A stretch of 64,000 bases of DNA from an uncultured virus (IMG/VR IMGVR_UViG_3300022925_000015) (lineage: Duplodnaviria; Heunggongvirae; Uroviricota; Caudoviricetes): the IMG/VR virus record IMGVR_UViG_3300022925_000015. One strand, written 5' to 3'. Positions 1 to 11,000 of the stretch are shown here, piece after piece; within the stretch, counting starts at the first letter, position 1; every line of letters begins with the position of its first letter. A program made the translations under genes and the position numbers. Below the pieces are notes generated by a model. That model worked only from the letters and a program-made list of their open reading frames with translations, was not told the DNA's origin and made no database searches.

Positions 1-1
1 A

Positions 2-2185
2 TTCTCAAGTGCTGGTAGGGCTGATAACACTCGTGCAAAAGTATTTGGTGTTGCTTCACCTGAATACTATATTGATAATTTTAAAATGATGTCAGTAGTT
101 GCACCTACACCTGCAACAGGAAACACTAACGCAATAAGTTTTGAATTTGATGTAATGGAACCTTATAGTATGGGATTACTTTTACAAAGTATGCAAAGTG
201 CTTCGCTAAAAGCAGGATATCCAGATTATCTAATGGCTCCGTTTTTACTTAGATTAGATTTCAAAGGATACGATGAAAGAGGCAGGATTATTAAAAGTTT
301 AAAACCTAAACACTTTGTTTTAAAATTTAAAAAAGTTGAATTCAATGTTTCTGAAGGTGGTAGTCAATATTCTGTACAAGCATATCCTTATAATCACCAA
401 GGCTTTGCTGACACAGTAGATATGTTATGGCAAGATATTAGTATTGCTCCTGAACCTGACAAAGAGGCAACAGTTTATAGTATATTAGGTGATCCAGATA
501 ATCCTAAAAGTTTAGTTCGTACTCTAAATGATAATGAACAAAAATTAGTAAATCAAGGAAAGTATAAAATTAAAGATCAGTACGAAATACAGTTTCCTGA
601 AAGAACATACGACTTTAAAGGAATATTGCCAACTAAAAAGGAAGATAACGTAAGTTTTGATCCGTATGGAGATCCTGTGAAGCAAAGTGTAGGTGGCAAA
701 GGTGCTGCTGGTCAAGGTTTCGTAGATGCTGGTAAAAATCCTATAGGCGAAAGTACATTTGATTACAGTCCTAAAAAAGGCGGTAACTTTGCTTTTAGAA
801 AAGAAGATGATGTAGTTAATGAAGAAACTGGCAGAATTGAAAGAGGTAAGTTAACAATTAATCCTAAAGAACGTGTGTTTAACTTTTCTCAGAAAATGAA
901 ATTAAGTGATATTATCACACAGACTATTTTAAGCAGTGAACAAAGTGCAAGAGCAGTAAATGGCGAACTACCATTGACAGCGGAAGGTTATGTTAATTGG
1001 TTTAGAATAGATGTGCAGATTGAATTTTTAGAGTATGACGACAGCATTGGCGATTATGCTAAAAAATACACATATAGAGTTGTACCATATCTAGCTCACG
1101 CTAGTGTGTTTGGAAACAGCACTGCTAAACCACCAGGTCAAAAAGAATTAAAAAAACAAATTGTAAAAGAATACAATTACATTTACACAGGACAGAATGC
1201 AGATATAATAGACTTTGATATCAAAATTAACAATTTATTTTATACTGGTATAAATCCTGCTGTTGAAGGTAACACACAAAGTCAAAGCGACAATGATGGC
1301 GGCGGTACAGGCACTGACAAAACCAAAGATGTTTCGGCCACTACCGGCACAGACAAAAAAGCACAGATTGCTAATTTAGGAAAAACAAAAGCCAAAAAAG
1401 ATCCTGATATGTTTAATGTTCTGAAAGGTGGTTCAGGTACACAATCTGTTGAACAAAGAGTTGCTGAAAACTTTCACAATGCATTAATAAAAAATGCAAG
1501 TGCTGATCTTATTAAAGTTGATTTAAAAATATTAGGAGATACTTTTTGGTTAGTTGAAAGTGGATTAAGTAATTACTTTGTACAAGCAGCACCAGCATCC
1601 CAATATATGGCAGACGGAACTTGTAATTATGAAGGCAACGATGTATTCATAAGAATTAATTTTAGAACTCCTATAGATGTAAACGGAGCCGCTGGCACTG
1701 GAGATAAACCAGATGGACTTTATTCATTTAGCAAAGCAACTACACTAAGTCCGTTTAGCGGAATATATAGAGTTTTTAAACTTGAGAATGAATTTAGCGG
1801 TGGACTGTTTACACAAGTATTAAGTTGTGTAAGAATGCAAGGTCAAGAAGAAGATTTTGATGGAGATTCAGTCAAAGAAGAAGCCGGAACTAATGCACTT
1901 GCAAGTAAAATAGGACCAGAAAAAGAAAATAAAACAAATGTATCACAAGAACTTCCAATGTCTAATAAACTTGCAGAGATATTTGGTCTAGAAAGTATAA
2001 AAGAATTACAAGAAAAATATCCTGCAGGTCCTGCAGACAAACCCAAAGTACCTGAAGGACCTGTCATTACTGAAAGAAGAAGACAATCTAACGGTACACT
2101 TGTTAATTTTAACATTGACAGAACAAAACCATTTACCGATACAACAGATGCAGATGGTAATATATTAAGGATTTACGAAAACTAG
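2..2185 (+). CDS. Putative tail/baseplate hub structural protein, 5'-truncated by the window edge
   Basis: The frame of the 86..2185 ORF stays open back to position 2. The C-terminal 'LKILGD...FRTPID...FSGIYRVFKLENEFSGGLFTQVL' resembles tail hub (gp27/GpD-like) C-termini. It lies immediately upstream of gp5/gp25/gp6-like genes. Confidence 0.55.
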   Translation, partial: FSSAGRADNTRAKVFGVASPEYYIDNFKMMSVVAPTPATGNTNAISFEFDVMEPYSMGLLLQSMQSASLKAGYPDYLMAPFLLRLDFKGYDERGRIIKSLKPKHFVLKFKKVEFNVSEGGSQYSVQAYPYNHQGFADTVDMLWQDISIAPEPDKEATVYSILGDPDNPKSLVRTLNDNEQKLVNQGKYKIKDQYEIQFPERTYDFKGILPTKKEDNVSFDPYGDPVKQSVGGKGAAGQGFVDAGKNPIGESTFDYSPKKGGNFAFRKEDDVVNEETGRIERGKLTINPKERVFNFSQKMKLSDIITQTILSSEQSARAVNGELPLTAEGYVNWFRIDVQIEFLEYDDSIGDYAKKYTYRVVPYLAHASVFGNSTAKPPGQKELKKQIVKEYNYIYTGQNADIIDFDIKINNLFYTGINPAVEGNTQSQSDNDGGGTGTDKTKDVSATTGTDKKAQIANLGKTKAKKDPDMFNVLKGGSGTQSVEQRVAENFHNALIKNASADLIKVDLKILGDTFWLVESGLSNYFVQAAPASQYMADGTCNYEGNDVFIRINFRTPIDVNGAAGTGDKPDGLYSFSKATTLSPFSGIYRVFKLENEFSGGLFTQVLSCVRMQGQEEDFDGDSVKEEAGTNALASKIGPEKENKTNVSQELPMSNKLAEIFGLESIKELQEKYPAGPADKPKVPEGPVITERRRQSNGTLVNFNIDRTKPFTDTTDADGNILRIYEN

Positions 2186-3946
2186 ATGGCACAAGATAAA
2201 AGAACTAGATATGATAGAACACGTGGTGTTGGATTAGGCTCCGGAGTCTATGTTGCTAAAGTTGTTAGTACAATGGATCCTACATTTAACGGCAGACTTA
2301 AAGTAACTTTATTGAAAGCGCAAGGTAACGATGTAGGTACAGAAAATCAAACCTATCTTGTAAATTACGCTTCACCGTTTTTTGGAGTAACACCATTCGA
2401 AGGAATGGGTCTCAATGAAAATGATTTTAATGATACACAAAAGTCATATGGTATGTGGGCTATTCCACCAGACGTTGGTGTAAGAGTTCTTGTTCTGTTT
2501 GCAGATGGTGATCCTGGAAGGGGTTATTGGTTCGCTTGTGTTCCGCCTAATTTTGCTAATCATATGGTACCTGCAATAGGTGCAACAACAAATGTTGCAA
2601 TATCACCGGAAGATAAAAAAAGATACAACACAGATCAACCGTTACCGGTAGGAGAAATTAATAAAACTTTTAATTCTAGTGAAAAAGGCAATTTAGAAAT
2701 TGATGCTGAAAAAATTAAAAAACCTGTTCATCCTATTGCAGATAGATTTTTAAGACAAGGTACTATCGAAGATGATGTAAGAGGTCCTAGTGTAAGTAGT
2801 GCTAGACGTCAAGTGCCAAATACAGTATTTGGTATTTCTACACCAGGTCCGTTAGATTACAGTCAAGGCAGTAAGCGTATGGCAATTGGACCTGCAGAAT
2901 CGCAAACACCTACTCCTATTCCTATCAGTAGACTAGGTGGTACACAATTTGTAATGGATGATGGAGATGATAGATATCAACGTAAAACTGCACCCGGTGT
3001 AGGTCCTGTAGAATATGCAGATATTAATGCAGGAGAAAAAGGCATACCTGATCTTCCGTACAACGAATACACAAGACTTAGAACACGTACAGGACATCAA
3101 TTATTACTACACAATTCTGAGGACCTAATTTATCTTACAAATTCAGGCGGCACGGCTTGGATCGAAATGACCAGTAATGGTAAAATAGATATTTACGGTG
3201 CAGATAGTATTAGTGTGCATAGTGAAAATGATCTCAACATAAGAGCAGACAGAGATGTAAACATAGAAGCAGGTAGAAACATCAATATGAAAGCGACTGC
3301 TGAGTATGTTTCTCCTGATGAATTACACCGCAGAGCAGAAGGAGATACAAAAGTTATTCCTAAAATTGTTGATGGCGATGAAATTGAAAGTGGTAGAATA
3401 CAAATTGAAAGTGCATTTAACACAAACATACTGATAGGTGCAAATGGAAGGATTGAAACACGCTTGTATGAGAATCAAGAAGAAGTTCCAACAAGTGGTG
3501 ATTTAGATATTCTTGTTGCAGGAAATTATAGACATACTATCGGTGGCACAACAGATATAAACACAATAGGTGACAGGTCAGATACACAAGCCAATTGGGA
3601 TATAAACACAGGCGGATATAATTATCTTACTTCAGGTGCAAACACAGAAGTTGCAGCCGGCGGCGATATTATTATGTCAGCAAGTCCTAACATACACTTA
3701 AATGGACCTGCTGCAACTGGTGCAGCACTTGCAGATTCTGCACAATCTATTGCAGATCTAATTACACACGATAACCTATTCACTAATACTGTTTCAGAAT
3801 GGAATCCTACAAAATATCAACAAGGTGCTTTCAACAGTATTATGAAACGTATACCAATGCACGAACCTTGGGCATTGCACGAAAACCAAACACCTGATAT
3901 CTTACAACCTGCTAACACAGATAGAGAAAGACCGAGCGAGGAATAA
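2186..3946 (+). CDS. Baseplate central spike, gp5/VgrG-like, with no obvious lysozyme domain
   Basis: N-terminal OB-fold-type 'DPTFNGRLKV...PPDVGVRVLVLF' motif, 'RLRTRTGHQ' segment and beta-helix-like repeats (SISVHSENDLNIRADRDVNIEAGRNINMKA). Position before gp25. Confidence 0.75.
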   Translation: MAQDKRTRYDRTRGVGLGSGVYVAKVVSTMDPTFNGRLKVTLLKAQGNDVGTENQTYLVNYASPFFGVTPFEGMGLNENDFNDTQKSYGMWAIPPDVGVRVLVLFADGDPGRGYWFACVPPNFANHMVPAIGATTNVAISPEDKKRYNTDQPLPVGEINKTFNSSEKGNLEIDAEKIKKPVHPIADRFLRQGTIEDDVRGPSVSSARRQVPNTVFGISTPGPLDYSQGSKRMAIGPAESQTPTPIPISRLGGTQFVMDDGDDRYQRKTAPGVGPVEYADINAGEKGIPDLPYNEYTRLRTRTGHQLLLHNSEDLIYLTNSGGTAWIEMTSNGKIDIYGADSISVHSENDLNIRADRDVNIEAGRNINMKATAEYVSPDELHRRAEGDTKVIPKIVDGDEIESGRIQIESAFNTNILIGANGRIETRLYENQEEVPTSGDLDILVAGNYRHTIGGTTDINTIGDRSDTQANWDINTGGYNYLTSGANTEVAAGGDIIMSASPNIHLNGPAATGAALADSAQSIADLITHDNLFTNTVSEWNPTKYQQGAFNSIMKRIPMHEPWALHENQTPDILQPANTDRERPSEE

Positions 3947-3949
3947 ACA

Positions 3950-4387
3950 ATGGCAAACATATACAACAAAAAAGCAGTTGCAGTAAACAAAGCGTCCGTT
4001 GGCGATCAAACTTCTTCAACTTTTACATATAAAGGTTTTAGCAGTCAAAACCCTAAACAAGGCTTTAAACTGTATGATATAGACTTAGTAAAACAGGATC
4101 TAATTAATCATTTTTATATTAAAAAAGGAGAAAAACTGCAAAATCCTGAATTTGGAACAATTATCTGGGATATGATTTTTGAACCATTTACTGAAGAAAC
4201 TAAAAAATTAATAGCAGACGATGTCGAAACTATTGTAAATTACGATCCTAGAGTTGTAGTTGACAGCGTTTCTATCGATAGCACAGAGATGGGTATGAGA
4301 ATTGAAGCAAGTGTTACATATCTACCTTTCAACGTAAGTGATAGAATGACATTTGATTTTGACAGAACAACGTCAACAATTAAGTAA
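3950..4387 (+). CDS. Baseplate wedge subunit, gp25-like
   Basis: 'LVKQDLINHFYIKKGEKLQNPEFGT..WD.IFEP...YDPRV' matches the gp25/GpW pattern; size 145 aa; synteny. Confidence 0.85.
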   Translation: MANIYNKKAVAVNKASVGDQTSSTFTYKGFSSQNPKQGFKLYDIDLVKQDLINHFYIKKGEKLQNPEFGTIIWDMIFEPFTEETKKLIADDVETIVNYDPRVVVDSVSIDSTEMGMRIEASVTYLPFNVSDRMTFDFDRTTSTIK

Positions 4388-4405
4388 GCAGTTAATGAAT
4401 AACGC

Positions 4406-4411
4406 TAAATA
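4406..4411 (+). promoter_or_regulatory. TAAATA late-promoter-like box upstream of gp6
   Basis: Core of the T4 late promoter TATAAATA, recurring in short intergenic gaps. The hexamer is common in AT-rich DNA, so support is positional. Confidence 0.55.
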
Positions 4412-4431
4412 TTACTAAGGAATAGGACGCA

Positions 4432-7400
4432 ATGAGCACTACAGCAAGACAAAACAATTTAATACTTAACGAGGACTGGACTCGTATCTATCAGACGTTT
4501 CGTAACGCTGATTTCAAGTCTTATGACTTTGAAAACTTGCGTAGAGTTATTATTACATACTTGCGTGAAAATTATCCAGAAGATTTTAACGATTACATTG
4601 AAAGTTCTGAGTATCTAGCACTGATTGATGCAGTAGCATTCTTAGGACAAAGCCTTTCATTTAGACTTGACCTTGCAAGTAGAGAAAACTTTATTGAATT
4701 AGCAGAGCGTAAAGAAAGTGTTTTACGTATTGGTAAGATGCTGTCATACAATGCAAAACGTAACACACCAGCAAAAGGCCTATTGAAGTTTGTAAACGTT
4801 GCAACTACAGAAGATATTACAGATAGCAACGGTCGCAACCTAGCACAACAAGTAGTTCGTTGGAATGATCCAACAAATACAAACTGGGCAGAGCAATTTA
4901 TTTTAGTTTTAAATGCTGCTATGAGTGATAACACAGAATTTGGCAGAAGTCAAGGCACTGCAAACATACAGAATATTCCTACAGAACAATATAGATTTAG
5001 ATCTTTTTCAGCAGATGTTCCAATTTTTTCTTTTAGCAAATCTGTTGCAGGAAGGAATATGGCATTTGAATTGGTAAGCACATCATTTAAAGATGCAGAA
5101 GAAATTTACGAGGAATCACCAACACCAGGCAACCAACTAGGATTTGTTTATCGTCAAGATGGACAAGGTCCAGGCAGTGCAAACACAGGATTTTACTTAC
5201 AGTTTAAACAGGGTTCTTTAGAACTAGCAGATTTTAATATAGATGTACCGACAACAAATGAAAAAGTTGCTGTTGAAAGTCAGAACATTAATAATGACGA
5301 TGTTTGGTTGTATTCATTAGATGCAAATGGCGGCCAAGGATCTGAATGGTTAAAAGTTTCCAACCTTGTTGGAAACAATATTGCTTACAATAGTATCGTT
5401 GGCGGTAACAGAAATATCTATGCTGTTGATACAAAAGAGAATGATACAGTTGATTTAGTATTTGCAGATGGTGTATACGGAAATTTACCACAAGGTAATT
5501 TTAGAACTTACTATAGAGTGAGTAATGGATTAAGTTACACAATTAGTCCTAATGAACTGCGTGGGATTAATATTACAGTTCCATACTTAAACAAAGCAGG
5601 ACAAAGACATAGTATAACAATTGGTTTAGCACTACAGCAGTCAGTAAGCACTGCTGCTCCTTCGGAGTCTATAGACAGCATCAGACAGAATGCTCCTGCA
5701 CAATATTATACACAGAATAGAATGATTACAGGAGAAGATTATAATCTTGCTCCGTTGTCAACATCACAAAATATTTTAAAAGTAAAAAGTGTAAACAGAA
5801 CATCAAGCGGCATCTCACGTAACATTGACATTATTGATGCAAGTGGAAAGTATGGTTCATTAAATGTATTTGGTGATGATGGATATATTTACAAACAGGA
5901 ATCAGAAAAAACTTTAAGTTTCAAATTTACAAGCAGAACTGATATTATTAATTTTATTAAAAATAAAATTGAAAAAGTGTTTTCAGATACCGATGTGTAT
6001 AATTTTTATATTACAAGATTTGAAAAAATTCTTTTCTCAGAAACTACTATTGAGTGGAACAGTGTTACAAACGATACTAACATTGGCACAGGTTACTTTA
6101 TTAACAATATTGATTTAAGTTTACTTAAAGTAGGAACATACGCTACAAACAACTTGAAATATGTTTTGCCAGGTGCAAGTATCAAATTTACAGCACCAGA
6201 AGGTTTCCACTTTATGACAAGCCAAAATAATAAACTAATGAAGGGTGATGCAGATCATCCAGGCAGTTCGACTTACATATGGGCTAAAGTACAAAATGTA
6301 ATTGGTGACGGAACAAACGCAGGCAGAGGAGTGCTTTCGACAGGATTAGGACCAATAACATTTAGTGAAAACATTCCAACAGGTGCAATTGCAAATAGAA
6401 TAGTTCCAAAGTTTGTCTCAGATATTAATGACGCTATTGAAACGCAAATGACTAATATTGCATTTGCTAATTTAAACTTTGGTTTAAGATATGATATTAA
6501 CACAGCGCAGTGGAAAATTATTCAAGCAGAAAACTTAGATTTAACAAGTGCATTTAGTTTAGGTAAAGCAGGAGATATATCAAGTGAAAACTTAGATGCG
6601 TCTTGGATTATTGCATTTGTAAAAGATAACGATCAATATGTTGTAAGAGTAAGAAAACTTGATTATGTTTTTGGTAGCGTTGCACAAAACAGATTTTACT
6701 TTGATAAAAATGATAAAGCATACAACAATATTACAGGCAAACTTGAAAAAGATTCTGTAAAAGTTTTAGGCATTAATAATCAAAGTAGTGGTGTAGGATC
6801 GTTGTTGAACGATTATACATTTGAGGTGTCAGATACTATACAGTTTGATGACGGATATGAATCTAGTCAAGAAATTAAACTGTCATTTAGTGACAAAGAC
6901 AGCGACGGAGTTGTTGACGATCCCCAATCATTTGAAAATATTGTTGGTACTGATTTAGATTTAAACTTTCTATTCTTTAAGGAAGAAGCAGATGCGTATG
7001 GAACAAGTATTTTTAATCTTGTAGATAATAGCAATAATACTATTGTTGTAGCACAAAGAGAATCACAAGTTAATATTAACGATTATACAGACGGCCAGTT
7101 AATTTATTTTTACGATGACAATGAAGATAGAGTCAAAAGCGTAAACAAATCAACAAACACTCTAAACCTTGAAACTACTTACAAAGCAGAAATAGGAAGA
7201 CGAGATCTTAAGTTTCAATATACTCACGCTGCAAGTACAGACAGAAGAATTGATCCTAGTGTAACAAACATTGTTGATATCTTTATTTTAACAAGAGCAT
7301 ATGATACATCATTTAGAAATTTCCTTGCAGGAGTTGGACAACAGCCAGATGAACCTACGTCGGAAGATTTAAGAATTGCTTTTGGTAGCGGATTAAATCA

Positions 7401-8016
7401 GATAAAAGCAATAAGTGATGAAATAATTTATCATCCTGTAAAATATAAAGTATTATTTGGGCAAACTGCTGATCCAAAAGTACAAGCACAATTTAAAGTT
7501 GTTAAGAATCCTAATAGAACAATCAACGATAATAATTTAAAAGTTAGAATTGTAAATGCTATGAATACTTTCTTTAGTATTAATAACTGGGACTTCGGTG
7601 ATAGATTTTATCTTAGTGAATTAACAGCATATGTTATCAATGTAGTTTCGCCAGACGTTACAAATTTTGTAATTCTACCAAGAGACCCAGCACAAGTATT
7701 TGGAAGTTTATTTGAAATACAAAGTAAACCAGATGAAATCTTTGTAAGCGGAGCGTCGGTTGATGACGTTAAAATAGTAACTAGCATTACTGCTGCAGAA
7801 ATTAGAGCCAGCGCAGGTACAGTTGTAACTGATTCAGGCTCGAACACAACAACAAGTTCTACTAGCACTACTGTACAGGCTGCAAGGACTGCAAGTTCTT
7901 CAAGTGCTATAACCACTTCAACAACTCCACCAAGTAGTTCAAGTAGCTCAAGCTCAAGTAGCTCTAGCGGGTCAAGTGGCTCAAGTGGATCTAGCGGCGG
8001 AGGCTCTAGTTATTAA
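4432..8016 (+). CDS. Baseplate wedge subunit, gp6-like, with Ser/Gly-rich C-terminal tail
   Basis: 'DFENLR...YPEDFNDY', 'LVFADGVYGNLP' and 'ESIDSIRQNAP...TQNRMITGEDY' are gp6/baseplate-J family motifs. Confidence 0.85.
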   Translation: MSTTARQNNLILNEDWTRIYQTFRNADFKSYDFENLRRVIITYLRENYPEDFNDYIESSEYLALIDAVAFLGQSLSFRLDLASRENFIELAERKESVLRIGKMLSYNAKRNTPAKGLLKFVNVATTEDITDSNGRNLAQQVVRWNDPTNTNWAEQFILVLNAAMSDNTEFGRSQGTANIQNIPTEQYRFRSFSADVPIFSFSKSVAGRNMAFELVSTSFKDAEEIYEESPTPGNQLGFVYRQDGQGPGSANTGFYLQFKQGSLELADFNIDVPTTNEKVAVESQNINNDDVWLYSLDANGGQGSEWLKVSNLVGNNIAYNSIVGGNRNIYAVDTKENDTVDLVFADGVYGNLPQGNFRTYYRVSNGLSYTISPNELRGINITVPYLNKAGQRHSITIGLALQQSVSTAAPSESIDSIRQNAPAQYYTQNRMITGEDYNLAPLSTSQNILKVKSVNRTSSGISRNIDIIDASGKYGSLNVFGDDGYIYKQESEKTLSFKFTSRTDIINFIKNKIEKVFSDTDVYNFYITRFEKILFSETTIEWNSVTNDTNIGTGYFINNIDLSLLKVGTYATNNLKYVLPGASIKFTAPEGFHFMTSQNNKLMKGDADHPGSSTYIWAKVQNVIGDGTNAGRGVLSTGLGPITFSENIPTGAIANRIVPKFVSDINDAIETQMTNIAFANLNFGLRYDINTAQWKIIQAENLDLTSAFSLGKAGDISSENLDASWIIAFVKDNDQYVVRVRKLDYVFGSVAQNRFYFDKNDKAYNNITGKLEKDSVKVLGINNQSSGVGSLLNDYTFEVSDTIQFDDGYESSQEIKLSFSDKDSDGVVDDPQSFENIVGTDLDLNFLFFKEEADAYGTSIFNLVDNSNNTIVVAQRESQVNINDYTDGQLIYFYDDNEDRVKSVNKSTNTLNLETTYKAEIGRRDLKFQYTHAASTDRRIDPSVTNIVDIFILTRAYDTSFRNFLAGVGQQPDEPTSEDLRIAFGSGLNQIKAISDEIIYHPVKYKVLFGQTADPKVQAQFKVVKNPNRTINDNNLKVRIVNAMNTFFSINNWDFGDRFYLSELTAYVINVVSPDVTNFVILPRDPAQVFGSLFEIQSKPDEIFVSGASVDDVKIVTSITAAEIRASAGTVVTDSGSNTTTSSTSTTVQAARTASSSSAITTSTTPPSSSSSSSSSSSSGSSGSSGSSGGGSSY

Positions 8017-11000
8017 TGGCAGATAAAAAAGTTTACCCAGACAGTAAGATTCCTATTAGAAAAACATCAGAGTTCCTACCTGATATTTTTAAGACAGAAG
8101 CCAATGATAAATTTTTGGCAGGTGTCGTTGATCCTTTAATACAGCCTGGAGCAACAGATAAACTAGTTGGATATATTGGTCGTAGATATGGTAAAACATA
8201 TAATTCTAAAGACATTTATTTAGATGATGACGATACCTTGCGCAGTAGGTATCAGTTAGAACCAGGTGTAACTATTGAAAAAGATCGTAAAATTGAAAAC
8301 TTTCACGATTATATAGATTTAAAAAATATTTTAACATTTTTTGGAAACTATAATGGTCGTGATGATATTATCAACAAGCAAGAACATTACAGTTGGAATC
8401 CACCTATTGACTGGGATAAGTTTACAAACTATAGAGAATATTTTTGGGCACCGCAAGGACCGCCCTCGGTCTCTGTATTTGGACAAAGCAGTGCAGTTAC
8501 ATCTACATATAAAGTAACAACTAGTATAGGTAGCACTTGGATTTTTACACCAGACGGTGCAACTAACAATCCAAACATTGTTTTATATAGAGGACAAACA
8601 TATAGGTTTGAAGTAAACAGTCCTACAGAAGGATTTGTTATTAGAACAAACTATGACACAGGTAGTTTAATTTATAATCCGCAAATTACTTACTTTGTAG
8701 GTGACTATGCAATATTCGATGATAAACTATGGCGTGCAAAAGTAGATGTGTCACCGGCAGACGGCAGTAGTATTTCTGTTGATTCACAAGACTGGGAATT
8801 GGTAGATGATAATGCTGTTTTAGATTCATTGACTTATGGCGGCGGCATTACAAATAATGGTGCAAAAAGAGGCGTTGTAACATTTAAGGTGCCTATGGAC
8901 GCACCTGACATTTTATATTATCAAAGTGATGTTGATCCAAATAGGCTTGGACAATTTATTATAGGTAATATTGAAGACGCAACATTTATTGATCCTGAAT
9001 TAGAAATTATTGGCAAAAAAGATTACACAAGTGCAAACGGTGTAACACTTACTAATGGCTTAGTAATTGAATTTAGAGGGCAAGTAGCACAAGAGAAATA
9101 TGCAGAAGGTACTTGGTTAGTAGAAGGAGTAGGCAAAGAGATTTCACTTACTAAATTTACTGATTTGATTCCGCCAAGCGTTACATCTACTACACCTGAA
9201 ATACTTTTTGATAATGAAGGTTTTGATAGCCAACCCTATGATGATGCTACACAGTTTCCTGGAAGTAAAGATTATATTACTATTAATAGAACAAGTAGAG
9301 ATTTAAACCCTTGGAGTAGATATAATAGATGGTTCCATAGAAGTGTTTTAGAATATTCACATCAGCAACGAGGCGTAGAGTTTGAGGCTACAGAAGATAC
9401 TAGAGCAAAGCGTCCTATTATTGAATTCCATCCTAATATTCAATTGTTTAATCACGGCGGTGTAAGTAAACAAACTGTTGACTATATTGATGACTACACT
9501 ACAGACATTTTTTCTAAGATAGAAGGTAGTACAGGTTACAGTGTTGACGGAGAATTTTTATTCGAAGGTGCAAGAGTACTTGTTATTGCTGACACTGATA
9601 ATTTAGCAAACAATAAAATTTATGAAGTAAGATTTATTACACACAACGGACGTAAGCAAATTAATCTACGTGAAGCAGCAGATGCAGATAGTGCTGAAAA
9701 TGAATGTTTACTTGTAAGACGTGGTAATGTAAATGCAGGACTGATGTTCCATTACAACGGTTCTAAGTGGGTACCTAGTCAACCTAAAACAAATGTAAAC
9801 CAATATCCGTTGTTTGATCTTTATGATGCAGATGGAAATAGTTTTGGTGATCAAAATGTTTATCCGGTTACTACATTTAGAGGAACACCTATTATAAGTT
9901 ATGCTGTAGGTTCTGGAAGAACAGATACAGAGCTAGGATTTAAATTAAAGTACCTAAACATTAACAATGTTGGTGATATTACATTTGACTGGAACTTGGA
10001 TAAAGATTCATTTCAATACACACAATTGCAGGATACAATTACAGTACCAGTTAATAAAGGTTATCTAAAAATTGAAGGTGCATATGATAACGGTTGGACA
10101 AAAACTAATGACAAATATTTACAACCTATTATTAACACAGTAAAAATTGTTGAAGATGGTATAAGCACAATTGACTGGACTAACACAATTGATTGGACCA
10201 CAGTTACAGATAAATTAGAAATTTGTTTTTACAAAAACGGCTTAAAGTTTGATGAATCATTTACAAGAAATGTTTCTTTGTTTACATTTGAAAATGAATT
10301 TGCTGTAGGTGATGTTGTTACAATTAAAATTATTGATGATGTTGTGCCTGGTACAGGGTACTATGAATTTCCTGTAGGATTAGAAAAGAATCCACTTAAT
10401 ACACAAGTAAAAGAATTTACTCTTGGACAGGCAACCGACCACTTAGTTAGTTCGCTAGAATATAACAAAGACTTTACAGGAACAGTTCCGGGCGTTTCAA
10501 ATCTAAGAGATTTATCAGGTTTTCAAAGTTACACAAAAAGATTTCTAAAGCACAGTGGTGTTGCAGCAGCGTCAGTTACACTACTTAATGATAGAAATTA
10601 TAATTTAATTAAATCTATTCAATATGCTAAAAAGGCATACAGTGTTTTTAAAGATAATTTTATAAAGAAGGCATCTGAGATTGAGTTTGAAGATGTACCA
10701 GCAAACTTTGTTGATAATATTATTGAAGAACTTACAAGAACTAAAAGTGTAGCAAGTCCTTTTGCTGATACAGATGTAATGGGCTCAGGAGCATTTACAA
10801 GTATTGATTACGAAGTTGATGATGTAGGTATTACAACATTTGCATTAAGCACTGCGTTTGATATTAATGCACTTAATAGAAAAGCAGTATATGTTTATAT
10901 TAATGATAGACAACTACTACTTAACAGTGAATACACAATTGATTCAACATTTGCATTTGTAAGAATTAGTAAGCAACTAGTACGTGGAGACAAAATACAA

